Below, one piece after another: positions 56,256 to 64,000 of a stretch of DNA of 64,000 nucleotides (positions within the stretch are counted from its first letter, which is position 1; every line of letters begins with the position of its first letter). The DNA comes from Tubulanus polymorphus (Eukaryota > Animalia > Nemertea). The stretch spans positions 4,686,914-4,750,913 of the forward strand of contig NC_134034.1 in the NCBI RefSeq assembly GCF_964204645.1, given 5' to 3'. The position numbers were made by a program, and so were the translations under genes. The notes under the pieces were generated by a model. The model saw only the letters and a program-made list of their open reading frames with translations. It did no database searches and had not been told where the DNA came from.

Positions 56256-59200
56256 TTAACACGCTAGAATCCTTTTCATAATCTCATTTTCTTTTGTTTC
56301 TTCTCTTTTGAATTTTATATATTCATCTAAATTGCAACCATAGGCGACTGTGTGGATTCCATCATCTAAAATATATCTTTTATCATCAAATGGATTCAAA
56401 CTTATCTTCTCTATCTCTTCCATATACATTTCATGATCTTCAGATCTTAAACATTTCATCTTATGTTTTCTAACTTCTTCATTAAATATACAATTGATGT
56501 AATCTTTAAAATGAATATTCTTTTCAACAACGCTTTTGGTAATTCCTTTTAACTTTTTAGCTTCATGAGTTTTGGTTTTATATGAATACATTTTAGATCT
56601 AATACCAATGAACTCTATCATTTCTTCACCACCTAATTCATCCTTAAACTTCCCAGGAACTTTTTTTATTATCATTGCTAAACAATTCATGATCTTTAGG
56701 ATAGTTACTAAAATCAAAATGATGTTTTAATGTTTTTAAATCATCTGTTATGTTATCAGTTTTTATCTTTAATATGTAACTGTCAGTATCAAAGTATAGA
56801 ATTTCTATGTGTTTTTCTCCAAAATGAGGTTGTAGTATGTTATAGTAAAATTTATACATTAGGAATTTTGAAATTTCTAGAACTGCAGCACCAACATAAA
56901 TAGGTTTATTGAACTTCATTGAAGTTCTTTTCATTTTAACTGCTGCTAAATTTTCATCAAATATTCTGTTACCTATAAACTTAGGATATGATTGTAAATG
57001 CCTTATCCTTTTACCATTACTAACTAACTCGATATCATTTCTATTTCTAATGTTTTCACAAGTCTTACCATAGAATGCATTATTCATTAGTTTGAAGAAA
57101 TCTTTTTCAAAATCAGTTTTAGATTTAGTTCTCTGTGTAGTATTAAAATCTATATATTTTTCTAACCATTTAGATTGACTGAATGAAATATATCTATGTA
57201 CTTTTTTTAATATCATTCCTTGTCTCAAATAAAACTTCAACATTCTATAATGCACAACGTAATTATATTTATCTTCTTGAGTTACCATTAACTTTTCAGT
57301 ATGAATATGATTATCGGGTTTAATTCTTTTTTGATAATTTGATAATTCTTCATGTTTAACAGTTTTATGTTCGGGACAATATGCTAGATTTCTAGATTTG
57401 AATTTAATATTTTCAGGGTATTCTAAATCTATAACAAAGAACTAACCAGTATCTGAATCATCTGCAATATCTAGGATTCTTTTCTTCCAATCAAATTTAT
57501 CAATTTGTAAAACTTCAGTTATTTCAAACATCCCATAAGGTTGTGGTTCCATCATTGCCCAACCATAAAGATTATTTGCATCTATGTATAATAATTTATA
57601 TCCAGGATTATCATTTACATTGAAATATCTATCACCCAATACACCTGAAACACCTCCTCTTATAGATTTTTCAAATAATAGTAATTGATCTATATTTGTT
57701 AACAAATCCATTTTTATATCTGTAAATTTTAATCCACAATCCCATGTTAAACCTGGTGATGAATAACAATGACAAGGATCAATGTTAAAATATTTTAGGT
57801 TTACATCTCTAAACCTTTCGAATATATCGGTTAATAATAATACATCTGATTTTAAATATAAATCTACTAATTGACCATGATTTTCTATTTTGAAATGATT
57901 CCAAATATTCAATGTTCTATTATAAACTTCATCTTTAACATATTCATTTTTTAATTCATCATAAAATTGTTCTTTTAATAATTCAGTTATTTTAAAATCA
58001 TTATGATTTTTATAGAAAGAATATGGAATTGCTCCTTTATATCTCATTAATTTAAAATCATCATTATTTGGGTAATATTCTTTTAATATCTTTAATTCAT
58101 CATCAACTAATGATTTTGATAAGTTATCTAATGAACTACTTAAAAATCTATATGAATCTATAAATCTTAGACAACCAAATTGGAAAGATATATAATTCTC
58201 AGATGTTTTAGCTAACATTCTAAATTTATAAGTTGGTATTTTATCTTTTGATCTATTTGAATTTAATATTTCTATTTCATTATTGATTTCTTCTATTTTA
58301 TGACATAACTGTTTGATAAATAAATGCGCGTCATACCCCGATAGATTATGAAATATAACTGGTACAAAGTTAATTTTCTTAGCTTGTAAGTTACAATTCT
58401 CATGTGCAGCGCCTCTAAACTTTCTATTCAAATGATCATGGTCTCTTACTTTTTTATCTTTATAATTAAATATCTTTTCACAATAATAACATTTATCTGC
58501 AAACTCAAATTCTTCTTTATCTTCTTCTGTCATAATTATTTCTTTATTTGTATTCAATAATTTACTAAATCTTATTTCATATTCAATTAATAAGTCACAA
58601 AAATGATTGATAACATTTTCATTTCTATAATTATAATATTCACTTTCGATTAGTTCTGGATAATTAGATTTAATATATAACCCGAAAGCTGCAGCTGATT
58701 GATGAATCTTTTTAATAGTATTTGTTTTTGGTGGTTCATCTGAAAAATCATTTTCATTAGAATTTAATTTCTTTCTTTTATAATATATATCTTTTCTATC
58801 TTTATCTGTTAATTCTTTATTTAATGATTCAAAATCTCCATATATTACAAATGGTACTTTATTTTTGTAATCATATTTTTTGAATTCTAATATTTTATCC
58901 TTTTCATTTGGTAAAACTAATTTACAATAATCATGATTATCACATAGTTGTTTATGATTTAATAATGTACTTTCATTACTGAATCTATGTAAACATTTTC
59001 TACATAGATATATTTTATGGTGATCATTTTCTGATTTGAAAAATAAATCTATTTGTTTAATCCACATATAATGATTCTCATAATATAGTATATCTATAAC
59101 ATCGTTTGAATCATAATCTTTTGATAGGTATAAAGGTTCTAATGTATAATGTTTAATATTATTTCCTTTTGTATTTGGTAATTTAATTAAATCAAATACA

Positions 59201-60288
59201 TTTATTTTAAGATTATTATCTCTTTCTATTTTTGGAATATTTTTAATTCTAACAGGATACTTATCTATCTTATAATTATTTTCAAATTGTTTATAATGAG
59301 TTAATCTATAAGTATGTTTATTATAATCTTCAACTGGATGTAAACAACTTATTATAACCCATAGAAAACATTTATCATCTTCATTTTGTACATTTATTAC
59401 AGCATTAGTTTTAAATGGTAGTTTAATATAACTTGATGCTTCAATATCTGGTTCTTTATAATATGATAAATTATTTTCATCAATTGGTTTTGATTTAGTT
59501 AACTTATTATATTTTGTGTTATAAACATGTAAAGTTATAAATATTATCTCATCAAATATTAAACCAGATCCTTCAAAATATTTCTCTTCTATTTTAGTTT
59601 TTATTTCATTATAACATTTATTTAATTTATCATCTATATGTTGTTTAGATATAATATGTTGTGAATGAGAATTTATATTATATATTGGTTTATCTTCAGA
59701 TTTTATAAACTTTACTTTAGAAGATATACTTATTTTAGGATATTCAACATCTGTAATTATTTTTATTATTTCTTTCATATTTTCTAAATGTTTTTTATTT
59801 TCTTCTAATGTTTTACCTTTATGAAATTTAAACTCGATAGCTGCTGGACCAATATCACTTTTAAATGCTTCGGTTATCTCTATATCTTTTTTATTATCTA
59901 ATGAATTAATATAATTTCTTACATCTTCCATGTATGGTCTTTTATTGTTTAATTTATTTTTTATGCTTTTAATTGTCTTCTGTTTCTTATCGTTATCATT
60001 ATCAAAATAATCTTCACCTAAAATATCATTATTCTTATTTCTAATATGACTTATAGATTTTAAATGTTCTTTATAATATCTTTTATCACTGAATGATTGA
60101 TTACATGTATCACATTTGTATGTTTCTTTTTCATCCTTTAATTCTTCTAATTTATTTTCTAATATATCATCTTTATACTCTAGTTTCAATTTATTCTCTA
60201 AATGTGTTTTAGTTTTATTGTGTCTTGCTTTTTGGGATTTATCTATATCGATATTACATGTTGGGCAGTAGTACTTATTTGCTTCCAT
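56256..60288 (-). pseudogene. polB: Protein-primed PolB (~1340 codons) with two frameshifts (C)
   Basis: N-terminal Zn fingers, EndoVII-like RDHDH, exonuclease and polymerase motifs; breaks near 57440 and 56665. Confidence 0.94.
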
Positions 60289-60368
60289 TTTAATACTATA
60301 TTTTTTATTAAAATTGATTTTAGAAGTTCAATGATTTAAATGTTATTCATTTATGTGAATATTTTAAG

Positions 60369-60774
60369 AGTAATAGGGGTAATGGGCTTTCAAGCTAAAG
60401 GTTTAATGATTGAGTTCATTAATAACATATATTAAAAGTAATTAAAAAACTATAATATATTTTCATAACCGCGTGCATTTCAGTTGAATAATAGAATAAT
60501 TATTATCATTTGAATATATTTGATTATTTGAATTTGTGTATTGTAATTAAATCAATTGGTCGCGGAGCGGAGCGGTAGCGAAGCGGAGCGACCAATTGAT
60601 TTAATACAATATGCTTTTTATATTATTGATATCTTAGAATAAATATTTAGTTTTGATATAAAATGCACGCGGTTATGAAAATATATTATAGTTTTTTAAT
60701 TACTTTTAATATTTTGTTTTTTAATGGGCTCGACCGTTCGACCTTTGGCCTGAAAGCCCATTACCCCTATTACT
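60369..60774. repeat. Terminal hairpin H4 (right end of C), 406 bp
   Basis: agtaataggggtaatgggctttca ... tgaaagcccattacccctattact; interior is the inverted homolog of H2. Confidence 0.95.
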
Positions 60775-60789
60775 TATGAATATTTTAAG

Positions 60790-62053
60790 AGTAATAGGGG
60801 TTTAGTTGTTTCATATCAAAGGTTGAACGGGGCGAGTGAGTAACAAGAAAATTAACTTTAATAAATTATTTGACGCCTGCGAAAAAATGTAGAATTTCTG
60901 GGATAAGCTAATGTGGAATTGCAAATTTGAAATCGAAGTTTTAAGAAATTTGGGGAATTATGAGATTTGGCGATTGGGTAGATGATACAGTCTTCGACTG
61001 GTCTTATTTTAAAAAAAATTGTCAACTTGTGACCGACTTCGATTCACTTTTGCTCTAAGCTGGTCTGCAACTTCATTGCCTCCATGGTTGAAGAAAGAGC
61101 TCTTCTGATGTCTGCTTCATCATGACTACGAGTAGCCAGCCGGCCCGGTCCCAGGGCCCGGTTTGGCTGTCACTCGATATCCTAGACTTGAGTCTGGGTT
61201 GAAGTAGACATCGTCATTTAAAAAACTTATTCATGTTATTCTGTATGAATAACCCATGTGTCTTGTATTTTGTATTTTCTTATTCTAAAATTTGTAACTT
61301 TATTGAATTAGGGAATTTCATCCCGGAATTTTAATGTAATAAGGATCAATAAAGTATTATGCCATCAGTGGACGCGGAGCCGTATATGACAGCTATGCTA
61401 TTATAGATTGCTAATCTCATGAAACCTGCATACCCCTAATATCGAACATATTTTCTAAAACATTTGAATATTGAAATTATTTGTTTACATGTTTTTATAT
61501 AGACCGCTTGTAGCCGCCGATGAAATTCACGCCGGCCCTACTCAGATCGTAGATAGCTTCGTCATTCCACTAGCATCCCCATGTCAGGGTCTGACTTTTA
61601 TATCAGACTTCCAAATCGTGTATACATCCGCCATTTAACCAAATAATCCGATTTACTTATCATTTCTATTTATGCCTGCCGCTCCTGATATAATCATACA
61701 TCCTTTACTATTACAATACCTCTTATCATGATATTCAATGCAATATAACATTTCGACGTTCAAATAGAGGTCATTATATAATCACAGGGAGCCATTCTAC
61801 ATCTTTATCAATAATATTTTGCCAAATAGCTTGTATGTGTACACATAAACCTGTGACGTTTTGCACATCGATTTACGGTTGTCGTTTGTAAAATGACGCT
61901 GAATGGTTAACATTGTTTAGGTTTCATAATGGTAACGTTTTATAAGGCGTCAAAAAAATAAAAAATAAATTCGAGTGTGCGAGAATTTATTTTTTATTTT
62001 TTACTCACTCGACCGTTCGACCTTTGGTATGAAACAACTAAACTCCTATTACT
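60790..62053. repeat. Terminal hairpin H5 (right end of A), interrupted by a 1.1-kb insertion
   Basis: 60790-60843 plus ~61955-62053 equal the reverse complement of 1898-2050. Confidence 0.9.
60842..61954 (-). mobile_element. Non-autonomous Helentron/HINE (DINE-1-like) insertion
   Basis: Inserted in an A/T run with no clear TSD; one end AACAAG; asymmetric sub-terminal inverted repeat TTTGACGCCT (~60869) / AGGCGTCAAA (~61945); no ORF. Confidence 0.6.
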
Positions 62054-63160
62054 TACGTTTAAGCAACTTCTCAATATCGCAACATCTGGAATGTTTATGT
62101 ACAACAATCGTCTTTTAAACGTTGATGGCGTTGATGGCGTAACCATGGGCAACCCATTAGGCCCTTCTTTAGCTAACTTCTGTTTGGCACATTTTGAGAA
62201 TTTACTATTGTCTGATTGCAAATTCAAACCCACAGTACCTTAGATATGTTGATGACATTTTCTGTATTTTTCGAATTAACTCCAACTATAATTCATTTTT
62301 CGATGCATAAAATACTATGCATCCCAATCTGAAATTGACTTTTGAACTTGGCCCGAACATTTTACCCTTTTTAGATACTCTCATTCAAGCACCGACTGAT
62401 ACTGGTAGTACTAATTTCATCTCACGCGTGCGTCTATAGAAAAGCTTCTATTACTGGATTACTTTTGAACTATAAATGCAATGTGTCCTTACAATTGGAA
62501 AACTGGTCTTATCAACACGATGCTTTTTCGTGCATACAATATATGCAGCAATTGGAACATTCTTTCGGAAGAATTTGAGTCTCTAAAGAAATTATTCAAA
62601 CTTAATGGTTATCCTAGCTATGTTTTTGATCGTTGTGTAAAAGGATTTCTCTGACTCTAAATTTGTTACCCAGCTTAGAACCGTCGATGAGAATAAAGTT
62701 TCTCTTTTCATGTGGGTTTCCCGTCTATTCTATATGCTCAAAAGTTAAAGAAACTGTTCAAATCGAATTGCGAAATAGACCTTCAATGCTCGTTCGTAAC
62801 CACTAAGATTAAGAATTTCTTATCACTTAAATGTCGGACTCCTAAATCCTTGAAAGCTATGGTTGTCTACAAGTACACTTGTTTATGTGATATAAAAACT
62901 GCCTATATAGGTAAAACAAAAAGACACCTAGTAACAAGAGTTAAGGAGCACAAACTTAAGACTTCATCAATTGGCCAACATCTGTCAAATTGCCGTGACT
63001 GTCAGGTCTCGTTTAGCGAATTTCAAAATTTTAGATAAAGGATCTACTGATTTAGATTGCAAAATTAGAGAAGCTCTTTTTATCAAAACTCAACAGCCCC
63101 ATCCTTTAACCAAAAACTATTCGAACACGGGTCAGGATTCATTGTCAATGTTTTTAGATA
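62054..63160 (+). pseudogene. 3' part of PLE-0 RT + GIY-YIG endonuclease, degraded
   Basis: GVTMGNPLGP, RYVDDIF, LPFLD, VYKYTC..AYIGKTKR, IREALFIK motifs. Confidence 0.9.
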
Positions 63161-63174
63161 CCGGTAATTTAGAT

Positions 63175-63725
63175 ACTAATGTCTATTTATTAATTGATGA
63201 GACCTGTTTTTCTTGGATATTTTGCTCACTTTTTGGGGTACATACCTCATTTATGTCTTAACAGAATGCCAAAAATCGCGGACAACAACTGAATATCCGA
63301 TATATTTCCAGTTCTGTACCAATTAGATGGATTGGCAAAAAGACTCCTTAAGTCCAGTTGAATGAGAGAGAAAATCCTCCATTTTGTCAAATTTCTTGGA
63401 TTTGAACATTGTTACCATGCCTACGCCACCCTGATTTAGTTGTTGAGACCCCACAAGAAAAATAACTTCATTTCGTAGGCATGGTGACAATGTAAAAATT
63501 CAAGAAATTTGACAAAATGGAGGATTTTCTCTCTCATTCAATTGGACTTAAGGAGTCTTTTTGCCAATCCATCTAATTGGTACAGATCTGGAAATATATC
63601 GGATATTCAGTTGTTGTCCGCGATTTTTGGCATTCTGTTAAGACATAAATGAGGTATGTATCCCAAAAAGTAAGCAAAATATCCAAGAAAAACAGGTCTC
63701 AATCAATTAATAAATAGACATTAGT
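63175..63725. mobile_element. MITE with ~250-bp terminal inverted repeats
   Basis: 63175-63425 is the near-perfect reverse complement of 63474-63725; possibly a TA duplication at an ACTAGT site. Confidence 0.85.
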
Positions 63726-63870
63726 CAAATATCTTCACTCAGTAAGTTAGATTTTGTGTAATAACTATCTTTGTATTATAATTATCTTGTCTCTCAGTAA
63801 TTTGAAATTGTTTGTAATTAGCTTCGTCTTATTCTATACCAGTATGATATGTAAATTTAATCACTTGCGC

Positions 63871-63914
63871 TATGCCTGAAGAGGGGATAATGTAACTCCG
63901 AAAACTTTCGCTAT
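63871..63914 (+). ncRNA. Probable hammerhead ribozyme remnant in the PLE-0 3' pLTR
   Basis: CTGAAGA-GGGG..CTCC-GAAA-ACT-TTC downstream of the PLE ORF; stems imperfect. Confidence 0.5.
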
Positions 63915-64000
63915 AATAGATATATATTACTCATTAGAAAATGAGATTTGTACTGTTTTTGCTTCTATGTATTTTGAATTATCTAGACTCTTTACCTAAG

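Larger units (their letters stand above)
41874..60774. mobile_element. Polinton element C (18.9 kb, most intact), inserted in the right TIR of A
   Basis: AGTAATAGGG...CCCTATTACT ends; TSD TATGAA at 41868-41873 and 60775-60780; flanks rejoin into the reverse complement of 2051-2130. Confidence 0.95.
1898..62053. mobile_element. Polinton/Maverick (adintovirus-like) element A, outer and most decayed; hosts B, C and smaller inserts
   Basis: Ends (g/a)GTAATAGG...CCTATTACT; TSD TACGTT at 1892-1897 and 62054-62059; removing it restores the PLE RT frame; pPolB, INT, ATPase and MCP genes at 27046-41803. Confidence 0.93.

Noticed and set aside
9348-60288. Simple tandem triplication or assembly artefact
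   Set aside because: Copies are diverged and mosaic, with distinct hairpins and exact TSDs at the nesting junctions
7344-60774. One element running from H2 to H4 (matching hairpin interiors, TATGAA nearby)
   Set aside because: The 6 bp left of H2 are ATGAAA, the terminal arms differ, and the flanks at 41873/60775 rejoin perfectly into A's TIR
1898-62053. Bacterial prophage or free giant-virus genome
   Set aside because: Chromodomain rve integrase, 6-bp TSDs and Penelope insertions indicate an integrated eukaryotic Polinton

Overview
AT-rich eukaryotic (probably animal) genomic window made almost entirely of nested mobile DNA. A single 60.2-kb insertion (1898-62053, flanked by the 6-bp TSD TACGTT) splits the RT gene of a Penelope-like retroelement (PLE). 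It is an old Polinton/Maverick (adintovirus-like endogenous virus), element A, into which two relatives have inserted. Element B spans 7344-~26812 and has lost its right end. Element C spans 41874-60774, has TSD TATGAA and sits inside A's own right TIR. Each copy carries pPolB, an rve integrase with chromodomain, an A32-type packaging ATPase, major and minor capsid proteins, an HNH/EndoVII-like nuclease, a small OB-fold-like protein and several membrane proteins, but no recognisable protease or RNA polymerase. Two more PLEs with hammerhead ribozymes, a Helentron-like non-autonomous element and a MITE are nested further. The most striking unexplained structures are: (i) each surviving Polinton end is a 150-450-bp fold-back hairpin with co-varying arms, an invariant outer-arm motif and exchangeable apexes; (ii) nearly all genes use a two-class, poxvirus-like promoter grammar (T-run-N6/7-TAAATG versus A-run-TAAA(A)TG); (iii) an array of co-varying hairpin repeats; (iv) the TIR duplicates the pPolB promoter and N-terminus to create a second gene. 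Protein assignments come from motifs recognised by eye; no database searches were run.
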